A DNA stretch of 64,000 nt, taken from positions 3,231,154 to 3,295,153 of the forward strand of contig CM082598.2 in NCBI GenBank assembly GCA_040954595.2. Reading direction: 5' to 3'. The notes under the pieces are model-generated. The model was not told the origin of the DNA. It did no database searches and saw only the letters and a list, made by a program, of their open reading frames with translations. This DNA is from Balanoglossus misakiensis. Lineage: Eukaryota; Animalia; Hemichordata. Shown one piece after another: positions 1 through 13,900 of this stretch (its first letter is position 1; every line of letters begins with the position of its first letter). The translations under genes and the position numbers were made by a program.

Positions 1-2559
1 GTAGGAAGGAGATACGGCTGGCAGATGAAAATGAGAAATTAATTATAGGTGCGGATATAGAAAATTAAGCTTTACGATTGGATTTTAGAATTATTAAGAG
101 TCGGATGCCTTTTGTACTAATTATAGCCTTACAAATAGGCGTGGTGTGTACAGTAATCGGCTATACATGTCGTTACCCACCCAGAGCCTCAGTTTACCTC
201 AGCTCAGCAAATGACCGTCTGAATACTTTAAATTGATGATTTCCGATGCGTGGTAGTCATTTTTTGTCTGGAGTCTGGGTTGGATTTCAGCGTTCTACTT
301 TCTAAAAGAGAGCGTTTACTTTAATAAGCGTGGCGGGGATTCGGAAGGAGCGATATTCGGGTAATGTAAAACCCACTCAGACTGGAGTTTCGCTTGTTCA
401 GGAGAAAGAGAGAGAGAGAGTACACTCGCCTAATTATACGTGAAGGCTTCTCGAGCATCTCGACAATGCGCGGTTGCGTGTGCCAGGCAACACCCAGTCG
501 TTCGAAACCGTTACTTCTCCGATAGGTTCTCCGAGTTGCAGATATTTTCTCGGCGGCTGGGTGGCGGACCACCCTGGCGGGGAAGTCGGTTTGTCACTTG
601 TCTGAGAGATGCTGGGCCCCTAAAAATGCGTAACACGTGCTCTGTCTGTAATTATAGTTACCTAGGATGGCGATATCAATATTTAATGCTGGGCGTATAA
701 AAAGTTGAACATCATAAGTATTGTAAATTATGAATAATTGTAAATGTCAGCACTAGTACTAAACTCTGGAACCACGCCACTACATGAGTTGATATTTCAC
801 ATTAACGGCAGACGACCATTTTGGCGTGCTGCTGAAGGTGAGACTATTTTGCTAACAGATGCAGACAACTGCAAGGAAATCGACCCCAACTAATCGAACT
901 TCACTCATATCAGATGACGTCATTAGCAGATGAAGATGTCAAATGAGCCTAATTGAACGAGGAGGCTGTTTTATCTAAATGGGGCACTGTTGACTTAATA
1001 GTCCTCTTAAACTCTACTTTCACTTTGACATTTGCTTCGTTTCGCCACCTCATCAAGATCTGACATTTTCTTTGACATTTGTAACTTGAGCTCACGATCG
1101 CCCTTTCTAATTTTTGAGAGAAAAAGGTTTGTTGAATAATCTAAACCATCCTAGACCAGAATCTCCGTGCTCTTCGTTGAAAAATTTCCGAACTAGCAGA
1201 ATCGTGCAAATTTTTGTATGATCAGGGGTTCCACACGTGGGCAGTCTATGAGAAGTTCAACTCTAGGTCTGCAGACGACAAAATCTGTCAAAATTAGGCT
1301 TATCAATGATTGATTATACAGGCGCTTCCGTAAACATATAAGACATTTCGGTTGATTCATCTAATCTTTGGAGAAGAGCCTCAAACAAAAGTTCAAAATA
1401 ACAAGAATACATCATGTAGATAATTTTACCACATGTATTTGTGTGTGCGTCTTGACGTCACAGGGCAGGGGAATTCATATTACATCTTTGAAAATAGAAA
1501 CTTAAATGTAAAGTAGTTTCATAGAAACACAAAAATATTTTGTAAAACAACATCTCTTTAACCGTATGTGATTTTTACCTCAAAAATCGACAAAACGGAA
1601 TATATAGCCTATTTGCATAAAAGGTGAGATACCGGTCACCCACAGGCAAGGAATACATGATCCAATTTTGTAATAATTCAATGTACATCAACGCCCTATA
1701 CGTGAGAAATTGCATTCTCAAGTAATCCCATCATTCTATCATTCTGACACTGATCAATTTATAGGTACTAATATATTTACAGGTTGGGTGACGATTCTCG
1801 ATGGCGAGGTTATCCTCTTGTAATGACTTGTTCCAAATGTCAACTCTTTTCTTTGTCAATGGGAAATCTCCCTCCAGTTTAATCCTATATTGTCTGTGAT
1901 CACTTCACGAACGTACGTGTTACTACTACATATAGGTTCCTCTGATTAACTTCTATTTGTTCCATGTTTCAGGTTTTTGGCGCGATTACTGGCATTGGCA
2001 TTTTGAAATTCAGAAGATATTCTTATGACGTGGAATAAAACAAGACGGGGTCAAAGTTCAAGATTATTCCAGGTGAGTCAGCAGGATCATCTGAAACAGG
2101 CGACGATTTTTAATTAAAACACGCATATTTAGTTTTCACTAACAAAGTACTTATACAGCGTGGAAATCCAGGTTTACGACATAGCTGCAGTTAACATTAC
2201 CTGGCCTGCTTAACGGCTCATCTAAACGCAGTGTCGAAAACAACTAAAAATGACACGATGACGTCATCATTGTGGGCACAAATCGGTGCCTCGTTGTCTG
2301 GGATACGTCTCCACAATGGGGAAACGACCTTCTTTGCTCACGGAAAATTCGCCGTCGCCGTGGCAACCGCTGGATAATAAAACGTTAATTTTCGTGTTTT
2401 TCCGCGTGCGTCTGCGCTTTACGAGGGACGCACGTGTGATCTTCCCTTCGGAACTGCAGCATTGCAGAATGTTGTTTTTCTAGTAGCCGTGTCAGGCGAT
2501 ACCGATTACTTTGCCACGTGATGACTTGTCCACTCGACAGTTCTCCTTTCAGTCTCTAC

Positions 2560-2727
2560 CGTTTATTCATTTTTGGCGAGATTTTCATTCTGATATCATA
2601 CAAACTGGATGGAAGTGGTGTGTGGTCGAATGTTGATTCACTATATATCCACATGTACAATAACAAACAGTGTCTTGTATCAAACATAATGGATAGGGGC
2701 AGCGAGAGAGAGACTTTGTCCCTTTAA
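2560..2727. mobile_element. Right-arm fragment of the TTAA-AGGG (Kolobok/T2-MITE-like) foldback element family
   Basis: Aligns by eye with 36158-36325 (…gtgtggtcga…tatccacatgtaca…tgtcttgtatcaaacata…gcagcgagagagagactttgtccc) and ends in cctttaa. Confidence 0.75.
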
Positions 2728-3225
2728 CTAGATTCATTGAAGATACTAGCAGTTTTCATTTCCTAAAGGTATATAATCGATTTTGTAGGATTATTTAGAA
2801 ATAATATGAAATAAGTGGACTTTCCCTAGGCCCAGTCTTTCTATGATATATGCGCCGACCCTCGAAGTCATGATAAAGTACAAGAACAAATATAATCCGA
2901 AAAATAAATCCAGATGCGTTTGACTTCAGGTCATGATTGCAACAAACGTCAAAATAGCAATTTAAAGCTTATTGCCAACACCAGACAGCATTTTGGCTCA
3001 GCTATAGAAAGCCTGAAAGGATAAAAAATGTTGCTAGGATTTTTGCAAAGCAGCTGAAGTGATTTGCGATTGTCTTTTTTACTAAAGCACAGAGATATTA
3101 CTCAGTAATAACTAAGCAGATTATCTTGTAAAAATCACTGTTTTAGTTATACTGTAGGATTGAAGCAAACGTAAACTTGTGTTTTTATACATGTTTGTTC
3201 ACTCGGTTGATGGGAAAAGTTGATG

Positions 3226-3280
<55 letters not shown>

Positions 3281-3540
3281 CAACCACCACCATAAACACC
3301 ATCGTCGGCGTCATCATCTTCATCGTCATCATCGTCCTAGTCATCATCAACAATGACAAAAACATCATCACCATCATTACCTTCACTGCCATCACCGAAA
3401 ACATCACAATCATCATCGTCTCCTTCACCACTGCCATAATCATGCATCATCATTATCACCATCGTCGTCATCTGCGCGTCATCTATATCTCTATCACCAT
3501 CCCCGTCGTTGTCAATATCACAATTATCGTCACTCTCACG
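3226..3540. repeat. (ATC)n microsatellite followed by a degenerate ATC/ACC/GTC trinucleotide tract
   Basis: About 18 perfect ATC units at 3226-3279, then degenerate triplets; explains the poly-Ile and poly-Met ORFs. Confidence 0.95.
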
Positions 3541-5267
3541 GTCACCTCTTCAGGCCGTGCTTGTTATTTTCTCAAAGTGGGTGCTTTCCGACGAATACAA
3601 GCAAACGAAGTCGTGCAATGCCTAGAAATGATCAAAATGAAATCACGTTCTACTCCACAAGGATCCTTCGGGCGACGGTATATCTTTATTTTGTCAATTC
3701 CTTCATGCAACCTTCAACAACGCCTACCCCTTATGCGAAACCACCGTATTTGTTTATCACTTTTAAACGTGCAATGAAGTTGTATGATCATTTACAGATT
3801 GTGCTGGGTTACCACCAAGGAAACTACAAGATTTAACACGATACGATAAAACACAAAAACATGCAAATTTAGTGTAACCCCCCCTAACTTGGCAGGCTTT
3901 AAATACAGCATTTAATTCTCCATTCTCTTATCTATGAAACAATACGGTTTGTAGTGAACCACGACCGGAAAGACACAGAAATGTTTTCCCCCTAAAACTG
4001 TGAGGAAGAAGAAATCACGACAAAAACGATCAACAAATTTGATTCGTGAATGTCGGGTTTGTTTACAGCCCATTGTGTGACGTCATCACTTGAATGTTTT
4101 CGCCTTGCAGTGTGAAATCCCCCACCAAGGGTAATATAGTACAGCGGCAAACATGAACACGTGTTCATAAGACATTTCAGTGAAAAAAAGATGCATATAT
4201 TACCATTCTCCCGTTTCCACGTTCGTACTAAATGGCGGTTCGTGACGCATTCTCAACGTCTTGGGGTAGTCCCCGGCGGTCGCGTAACTAAATCTCCCAA
4301 ATTCGACAAACGCACGTACTCTAGAAACATCAGATCAGACAGGCAATTTTGTTCCAGAGAATCCTCAAATGCGCTTAAAGTGTACATCACATTAAAATTT
4401 TAGATCTTTCAGTTCAATTAGGAGATATCCCAAGACGTGTATTATTTACCGGCGTGATGTAATATATGGACAATAAGTGATAAAAGATGTTAAGATTAAT
4501 TTAAACTTAATTTTTTAACGATTTCTTTCATTTTATCTGATCGTATGGTCGACGATTGCCAACAATATGATACCAAGCTTGAGTTGTGCTTGAATAGCGA
4601 CCTCTAGAGACTCATTGTGAACCAGCAGCTGCAGCAGGCATGGCAACAGTTATCAAAGGCATCACACACAACATTTGAAAGTAGAGGGCGCAATATGCTA
4701 AGATATCTAATGTCTGTATTTGGGCCAAAAATTAGGATAGGTCGGACTTCATGAGACACATAAATCTCAAAAGATTGAAATCACCAGTCATTTTATTACC
4801 AGACAACTCGAATTCTTCTGTGGTTCGCATAAATTCTGCAGGCACTGTTACCTCACACATTGTGATCGCTGTTCACACCAGGTACCCGTCATTTCCATTG
4901 GCTATAATTTTTCACTATGTCAGTAGTTTTGTTGACTAAGGAACCGATCACTTTAAATTTAATTAACGCAGTGTCGCCAACGGGAGACGAACTGGTATTC
5001 CGCGTTGCACCAGTAACCTATAAAAAGATTAAACTATGCCAAAAACATCCCAGAAATCTTGTCTGAGGTATTTGCAACATTTCTTCAAAGACCCCGATAT
5101 ACATCAGGTCATCGGACGCGGCAGACCGTCTTCTCGCCGTGGTTCCCATACACGTATAAACACGTGGTGCTGTCAGTCTGAAGACGGCTTCATATAAAGA
5201 CTTGTTAATAGTTAAGGCCCCAGTAATGCTGATGTTCGCTGTTTTTAAAGTATTTTTTCTCCATATA

Positions 5268-5361
5268 TTAAAGGGAAAAAGTCTCTCACGCTACCCCCTT
5301 TTCCATTATGTTTGATACAGGCCATCGTTTATGTTGATATGCATGTGGATATATAGTGAAT
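5268..5361. mobile_element. Left-arm fragment of the same TTAA-AGGG MITE family
   Basis: ttaaagggaaaaagtctctc…ttccattatgtttgataca…tatagtgaat matches the left arm at 35982-36072. Confidence 0.7.
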
Positions 5362-5597
5362 ATTCGTTGATAGATTGTGTGGAACGTATTCTTCATAACC
5401 TGCAAGGTCCACATCCGACAGGTTAAGGAAGTAGACAAGTATAATTAGTGGTTGCTCCATCTGACAATTAATGAAGTATTTGAGTGGGACTCTTAACTCC
5501 TGTAGTACGCCTTAGTAATGCCAAAATCTTGTATATCCGATCTACGTTTTCGCTGCCTGTCTGAAAAAAGACTGTACCCAGGCGAGAATGCTTGTTC

Positions 5598-6493
5598 GCA
5601 TTTTTCTAATTCGTGGTTTATTTCCGAATGTACGCGTCTAGTTTTATCACTGAAAGATGTCAGTTGTATCATACCGTACCGAAAGAATATTTAAATTACT
5701 CACTTTGATAGTATTAACTGTTACGAAGGCACTGTGAATGCACAGAATATAAATATCAATGGTGGATGAAGAATAAGGGTGTTCGTCATTAACATATAGC
5801 ATTAGCCGTAGAGGTACACCTGGGTATTTTGAATATTACGTAAGTGTTTTGAATTTTGATTCCAGACAACGGCGGTCAAGTGGCGTGAGCCGAACAGAAT
5901 ACAGAGACGTTGCACTCGGCCATGAGCGACGGGGACTGGTATCCTGTAATCCACGTGTAAGCTCGACGTTGAAGTTCAGCTCGCCCAGGCACGTCGGGTA
6001 TGTCCTGTTGGTTTGAATTCAGCGTTGCTCTCGGACTTAAATTGCATGTCGACGCCAGCAACTGTAAGTGAAGTGAACCTGTTACTTTCTTCTGAGAGGA
6101 CTTCAGGAAAGAACTGTGTGAACGATCGTCGGGTCAGTGCAGAGAACTCAAGGAACACTGAATTATCGTGTCCGCTCACCACGTATGTAATATAACCGCG
6201 GACCTTATACAAGTCTCTTGAGGACATCACAAGATTTAGGTTTCAGTGCTTGTACTATATTAATTTTCTTTCAGTGAAAAATAGATTCGCAGTGAATTGT
6301 ATAACTTTGGTAGTGTATGTGTTGCGAGATTTTGGTTCGTAACATAACTAATACACGTACGATCTTGAATCCGACATCCAACTAGGAAGCGCCCTCTTGG
6401 ACCAGAAACGAATTCTTTTTTTCAACAGAAATGCGATCCGTGTTTTGCATATTTTTAATTCATGATTTATTTCCGAATGTACTGCATCTAGTT
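5598..6493. repeat. Pair of ~45-bp diverged direct repeats (5598-5643 and 6447-6493)
   Basis: Shared core taattcRtgRtttatttccgaatgtac…gcRtctagtt. Confidence 0.6.
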
Positions 6494-6995
6494 GATAACG
6501 TTTGCCGAGAGCTGACTGCACAGTTGGACGTTCAGTATTTTCGTGTATCTAGACTTCTTGCACAGAATTTGATGAAACTGTATAGAGATATTTTTTCTAT
6601 GTGTACTTAAACCATATTTGGAGACTTAATAAAATGAAGTATTGAATCGCCAATCTGTATTCTGTAATAGCTATGAAAAGGCCAGAGTTAACACACCAAG
6701 GTTTTAGCAGATAGGCAGATTGTCCGTTTCCGTCTGTATGTCTGCTCATTCGCCAGTCCCATCAAGAACTGACTTTTTTATTTAAAAAATGCTAGACATA
6801 AAGTTTTGATATTTAATATACATGTCATTTGGGATAATCAATTGTTCAACTTATAGCATGTATTCCGTGGGCTATACCATTCAATGTTGGGTATGATAAA
6901 CCGATAAAATCAACGGGGGTATGCTGTTTAACGTAACAGCATATGATGTCATAATTAGAATATGCAAATAGAATCTTCAGTTTGCAACGTAATAA

Positions 6996-7093
6996 AGCTT
7001 GGCTTTCAATTTTCACGAATATGACTGGGAACCCTCATCTTTGGCCGCAGATTGTTCTATTCCTGTTAATTTTCCAACTGGACAATGGAGGAC
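6996..7093 (+). repeat. 98-bp direct repeat, copy 1, abutting the left edge of the satellite
   Basis: Ungapped match to 30659-30756 with 7 mismatches in 98 bp (counted by eye). Confidence 0.9.
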
Positions 7094-7555
7094 CGACAAT
7101 TTTTTTGATTTGGCGAAATTAAGAAATTTCATGATTTTTTTAAAGTTTTCATGGGTTATAGCTCATGAAAATCATCAAAATGCGACAAATTTTTGATTCC
7201 GCCCAATTTGGAAATTTCACGATTTTTGAAAGTTTTCATGGGTTATAGCTCATGAAAATCCCCCAAAAATGACAATTGTTCGACTTTGCGAAATCTCGAA
7301 ATTTCGTCGATTTTTGAAAAAAATCATGGGTTATAACTCATGAAAATCATCCAAAAAATGACAATGTTTCGACTTTGCGAAATCTCGTCGATTTTTGGAG
7401 CTATAACCCATGTAAAAATTAAAAAATCGGCGGAATAAAAAAATTATCGGATTTTGATGATTTTCATGAGCTACAACCCATGATTTTTTTCAAAAATTGA
7501 CGAAATTCGAGATTTCGCAAAATCGAAAAATTGTCATTTTTTGATGATTTTCCTG
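7094..7555. repeat. Degenerate satellite units (subfamily C) with an orientation switch at ~7397/7398
   Basis: Units read catgggttatagctcatgaaaatc up to ~7397 and gagctataacccatg after it; the internal sequence (gactttgcgaaatctcg / cgagatttcgcaaaatc) is diverged from A and B. Confidence 0.8.
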
Positions 7556-10500
7556 AGCTATAACCCATGATTTTTTCAAAAAATGACCAAATTTTCAAAA
7601 TTCGCAAAGTCTAAAAATCTTCGATTTTTGAAGATTTTCATGAGCTATAACCCATGATTTTTTCAAAAAATGACCAAATTTTGAAAATTCGCAAAGTCGA
7701 AAAATCTTCGATTTTTGAAGATTTTCATGAGCTATAACCCATGAATTTTTCAAAAATGACAAAATTTTCAAAATTCGCAAAGTCGAAAAATCTTCGATTT
7801 TTAACGATTTTCCTGAGCTATAACCCATGACTTTTTTCAAAAAATGACCAAATTTTCAAAATTCGCAAAGTCGAAAATTCTTCGATTTTTGAAGATTTTC
7901 CTGAGCTATAACCCATGACTTTTTCAAAAAATGACCAAATTTTCAAAATTCGCAAAGTCGAAAAATCTTCGATTTTTGACGATTTTCCTGGGCTATAACC
8001 CATGATTTTTTCAAAAAATGACCAAATTTTCAAAATTCGCAAAGTCGAAAAATCTTCGATTTTTGACGATTTTCCTGGGCTATAACCCATGATTTTTTCA
8101 AAAAATGACCAAATTTTCAAAATTCGCAAAGTCGAAAAATCTTCGATTTTTGTCGATTTTCCTGAGCTATAACCCATGATTTTTTCTAAAAATGACCAAA
8201 TTTTCAAAATTCGCAAAGTCGAAAAATCTTCGATTTTTGACGATTTTCCTGAGCTATAACCCATGATTTTTTCTAAAAATGACCAAATTTTTAAAATTCG
8301 CAAAGTCGAAATTTCTTCGATTTTTGTCGATTTTCCTGAGCTATAACCCATGATTTATTCAAAAAATCAGCAAATTTTCAAAATTCGCAAAGTCGAAAAA
8401 TCTTCGATTTTTGACGATTTTCCTGAGCTATAACCCATGATTTTTTCAAAAAATGACCAAATTTTCAAAATTCGCAAAGTCGAAAAATCTTCGATTTTTG
8501 ACGATTTTCCTGGGCTATAACCCATGATTTTTTCAAAAAATGACCAAATTTTCAAAATTCGCAAAGTCGAAAAATTTTCGATTTTTGACGATTTTCCTGG
8601 GCTATAACCCATGATTTTTTCAAAAAATGACCAAATTTTCAAAATTCCCAAAGTCGAAAAATCTTCGATTTTTGACGATTTTCCTGAGCTATAACCCATG
8701 ATTTTTTTCAAAAAATCACCAAATTTTCAAAATTCCCAAAGTCGAAAAATCTTCGATTTTTGACGATTTTCCTGAGCTATAACCCATGATTTTTTCAAAA
8801 AATGACCAAATTTTTAAAATTCGCAAAGTCGAAAAATCTTCGATTTTTGTCGATTTTCCTGAGCTATAACCCATGATTTTTTCAAAAAATGACAAAATTT
8901 TCAAAATTCGCAAAGTCGAAAAATCTTCGATTTTTGACGATTTTCCTGAGCTATAACCCATGATTTATTCAAAAAATCAGCAAATTTTCAAAATTCGCAA
9001 AGTCGAAAAATCTTCGATTTTTGACGATTTTCCTGAGCTATAACCCATGATTTTTTCAAAAAATGACCAAATTTTCAAAATTCGCAAAGTCGAAAAATCT
9101 TCGATTTTTGACGATTTTCCTGAGCTATAACCCATGATTTTTTCAAAAAATGACCAAATTTTCAAAATTCGCAAAGTCGAAAAATCTTCGATTTTTGACG
9201 ATTTTCCTGAGCTATAACCTATGATTTTTTCAAAAAATGACCAAATTTTTAAAATTCGCAAAGTCGAAAAATCTTCGATTTTTGAAGATTTTCCTGAGCT
9301 ATAACCCATGATTTTTTTCTAAAAATGACCAAATTTTCAAAATTCGCAAAGTCGAAAAATCTTCGATCTTTGACGATTTTCCTGAGCTATAACCCATGAT
9401 TTTTTCAAAAAATGACCAAATTTTCAAAATTCGCAAAGTCGAAAAATCTTCGATCTTTGTCGATATTCCTGAGCTATAACCCATGATTTTTTCAAAAAAA
9501 TGACCAAATTTTCAAAATTCGCAAAGTCGAAAAATCTTTGATTTTTGACGATTTTCCTGAGCTATAACCCATGATTTTTTCAAAAAATCACCAAATTTTC
9601 AAAATTCGCAAAGTCGAAAAATCTTCGATTTTTGACGATTTTCCTGTGCTATAACCCATGATTTTTTCAAAAAATCACCAAATTTTCAAAATTCGCAAAG
9701 TCGAAAAATCTTCGATTTTTGACGATTTTCCTGAGCTATAACCCATGATTTTTTCAAAAAATGACCAAATTTTCAAAATTCGCAAAGTCGAAAAATCTTC
9801 GATTTTTGAAGATTTTCCTGAGCTATAACCTATGATTTTTTCAAAAAATGACCAAATTTTTAAAATTCGCAAAGTCGAAAAATCTTCGATTTTTGAAGAT
9901 TTTCCTGAGGTATAACCCATGATTTTTTTCTAAAAATGACCAAATTTTCAAAATTCGCAAAGTCGAAAAATCTTCGATCTTTGACGATTTTCCTGAGCTA
10001 TAACCCATGATTTTTTCAAAAAATGACCAAATTTTCAAAATTCGCAAAGTCGAAAAATCTTCGATCTTTGACGATATTCCTGAGCTATAACCCATGATTT
10101 TTTCAAAAAAATGACCAAATTTTCAAAATTCGCAAAGTCGAAAAATCTTCGATTTTTGACGATTTTCCTGAGCTATAACCCATGATTTTTTCAAAAAAAC
10201 ACCAAATTTTCAAAATTCGCAAAGTCGAAAAATCTTCGATTTTTGACTATTTTCCTGAGCTATAACCCATGATTTTTTCAAAAAATCACCAAATTTTCAA
10301 AATTCGCAAAGTCGAAAAATCTTCGATTTTTGACGATTTTCCTGAGCTATAACCCATGATTTTTTCAAAAAATCACCAAATTTTCAAAATTCGCAAAGTC
10401 GAAAAAATCTTCGATTTTTGACGATTTTCCTGAGCTATAACCCATGATTTTTTCAAAAAATGACCAATTTTTCAAAATTCGCAAAGTCGAAAAATCTTCG

Positions 10501-10960
10501 ATTTTTGACGATTTTCCTGAGCTATAACCCATGATTTTTTCTAAAAATGACCAAATTTTCAAAATTCGCAAAGTCGAAAAATCTTCGATTTTTGACGATT
10601 TTCCTGAGCTATAACCCATGATTTTTTCAAAAAAATGACCAAATTTTCAAAATTCGCAAAGTCGAAAAATCTTCGATTTTTGACGATTTTCCTGAGCTAT
10701 AACCCATGATTTTTTCAAAAAATGACCAAATTTTCAAAATTCGCAAAGTCGAAAAATCTTCGATTTTTGACGATTTTCCTGAGCTATAACCCATGATTTT
10801 TTCAAAAATTCACCAAATTTTCAAAATTCGCAAAGTCGAAAAATCTTCGATTTTTGACGATTTTCCTGAGCTATAACCCATGATTTTTTCAAAAAATCAC
10901 CAAATTTTCAAAATTCGCAAAGTCGAAAAATCTTCGATTTTTGACGATTTTCCTGGGCTA
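7556..10960 (+). repeat. 87-bp satellite, subfamily A (~39 units)
   Basis: Consensus gagctataacccatgattttttcaaaaaatgaccaaattttcaaaattcgcaaagtcgaaaaatcttcgatttttgacgattttcct (87 bp). Confidence 0.97.
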
Positions 10961-13900
10961 TAGCCCATGATTTTCATCGAAAAATCACAATTTTCCGACT
11001 TTTTTAATTTTCAAAATTTGGCCATTTTTCACAAAAATCATGGGTTATAGCCCATGATTTTCATCAAAAAATCACAATTTTCCGACTTTTTTAATTTTCA
11101 AAATTTGGCCATTTTTCACAAAAATCATGGGTTATAGCCCATGATTTTCATCAAAAAATCACAATTTTCCGACTTTTTTAATTTTCAAAATTTGGCCATT
11201 TTTCACAAAAATCATGGGTTATAGCCCATGATTTTCATCAAAAAATCACAATTTTCCGACTTTTTTAATTTTCAAAATTTGGCCATTTTTCACAAAAATC
11301 ATGGGTTATAGCCCATGATTTTCATCAAAAAATCACAATTTTCCGACTTTTTTAATTTTCAAAATTTGGCCATTTTTCACAAAAATCATGGGTTATAGCC
11401 CATGAAAATCATCAAAAAATCACAATTTTCCGACTTTTTTAATTTTCAAAATTTGGCCATTTTTCACAAAAATCATGGGTTATAGCCCATGAAAATCATC
11501 AAAAAATCACAATTTTCCGACTTTTTTAATTTTCAAAATTTGGCCATTTTTCACAAAAATCATGGGTTATAGCCCATGATTTTCATCAAAAAATCACAAT
11601 TTTCCGACTTTTTTAATTTTCAAAATTTGGCCATTTTTCACAAAAATCATGGGTTAGAGCCCATGATTTTCATCAAAAAATCACAATTTTCCGACTTTTT
11701 TAATTTTCAAAATTTGGCCATTTTTCACAAAAATCATGGGTTAGAGCCCATGATTTTCATCAAAAAATCACAATTTTCCGACTTTTTTAATTTTCAAAAT
11801 TTGGCCATTTTTCACAAAAATCATGGGTTATAGCCCATGATTTTCATCAAAAAATCACAATTTTCCGACTTTTTTAATTTTCAAAATTTGGCCATTTTTC
11901 ACAAAAATCATGGGTTAGAGCCCATGATTTTCATCAAAAAATCACAATTTTCCGACTTTTTTAATTTTCAAAATTTGGCCATTTTTCACAAAAATCATGG
12001 GTTATAGCCCATGATTTTCATCAAAAAATCACAATTTTCCGACTTTTTTAATTTTCAAAATTTGGCCATTTTTCACAAAAATCATGGGTTATAGCCCATG
12101 ATTTTCATCAAAAAATCACAATTTTCCGACTTTTTTAATTTTCAAAATTTGGCCATTTTTTACAAAAATCATGGGTTATAGCCCATGATTTTCATCAAAA
12201 AATCACAATTTTCCGACTTTTTTAATTTTCAAAATTTGGCCATTTTTCACAAAAATCATGGGTTATAGCCCATGATTTTCATCAAAAAATCACAATTTTC
12301 CGACTTTTTTAATTTTCAAAATTTGGCCATTTTTCACAAAAATCATGGGTTATAGCCCATGATTTTCATCAAAAAATCACAATTTTCCGACTTTTTAATT
12401 TTCAAAATTTGGCCATTTTTCACAAAAATCATGGGTTATAGCCCATGATTTTCATCAAAAAATCACAATTTTCCGATTTTTTTAATTTTCAAAATTTGGC
12501 CATTTTTCACAAAAATCATGGGTTAGAGCCCATGATTTTCATCAAAAAATCACAATTTTCCGACTTTTTTAATTTTCAAAATTTGGCCATTTTTCACAAA
12601 AATCATGGGTTATAGCCCATGATTTTCATCAAAAAATCACAATTTTCCGACTTTTTTAATTTTCAAAATTTGGCCATTTTTCACAAAAATCATGGGTTAT
12701 AGCCCATGATTTTCATCAAAAAATCACAATTTTCCGACTTTTTTAATTTTCAAAATTTGGCCATTTTTTACAAAAATCATGGGTTATAGCCCATGATTTT
12801 CATCAAAAAATCACAATTTTCCGACTTTTTTAATTTTCAAAATTTGGCCATTTTTCACAAAAATCATGGGTTATAGCCCATGATTTTCATCAAAAAATCA
12901 CAATTTTCCGACTTTTTTAATTTTCAAAATTTGGCCATTTTTCACAAAAATCATGGGTTATAGCCCATGATTTTCATCAAAAAATCACAATTTTCCGACT
13001 TTTTAATTTTCAAAATTTGGCCATTTTTCACAAAAATCATGGGTTATAGCCCATGATTTTCATCAAAAAAACACAATTTTCCGACTTTTTTAATTTTCAA
13101 AATTTGGCCATTTTTCACAAAAATCATGGGTTATAGCCCATGATTTTCATCAAAAAATCACAATTTTCCGACTTTTTTAATTTTCAAAATTTAGCCATTT
13201 TTCACAAAAATCATGGGTTAGAGCCCATGATTTTCATCAAAAAATCACAATTTTCCGACTTTTTTAATTTTCAAAATTTGGCCATTTTTTACAAAAATCA
13301 TGGGTTATAGCCCATGATTTTCATCAAAAAATCACAATTTTCCGACTTTTTTAATTTTCAAAATTTGGCCATTTTTCACAAAAATCATGGGTTAGAGCCC
13401 ATGATTTTCATCAAAAAATCACAATTTTCCGACTTTTTTAATTTTCAAAATTTGGCCATTTTTCACAAAAATCATGGGTTATAGCCCATGATTTTCATCA
13501 AAAAATCACAATTTTCCGACTTTTTTAATTTTCAAAATTTGGCCATTTTTCACAAAAATCATGGGTTATAGCCCATGATTTTCATCAAAAAATAACAATT
13601 TTCCGACTTTTTTAATTTTCAAAATTTGGCCATTTTTCACAAAAATCATGGGTTATAGCCCATGATTTTCATCAAAAAATCACAATTTTCCGACTTTTTT
13701 AATTTTCAAAATTTGGCCATTTTTCACAAAAGCATGGGTTATAGCCCATGATTTTCATCAAAAAATCACAATTTTCCGACTTTTTTAATTTTCAAAATTT
13801 GGCCATTTTTCACAAAAATCATGGGTTATAGCCCATGATTTTCATCAAAAAATCACAATTTTCCGATTTTTTTAATTTTCAAAATTTGGCCATTTTTCAC

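Noticed and set aside
1-635. Possible solo LTR ending in …gcgtaaca
   Set aside because: GC-richer segment with an ACA terminus, but no matching TGT start, target duplication, primer-binding site or second copy is identifiable.
3147-3777. Poly-Ile and poly-Met ORFs
   Set aside because: Translations of the ATC microsatellite.
7595-10619. Minus-strand ORFs repeating MGYSSGKSSKIEDFSTLRILKIWSFFEKI (superficially LRR-like)
   Set aside because: 87 bp is 29 codons, so a stop-free frame repeats automatically; frequent 1-bp indels and stops break the frame, showing no coding constraint.
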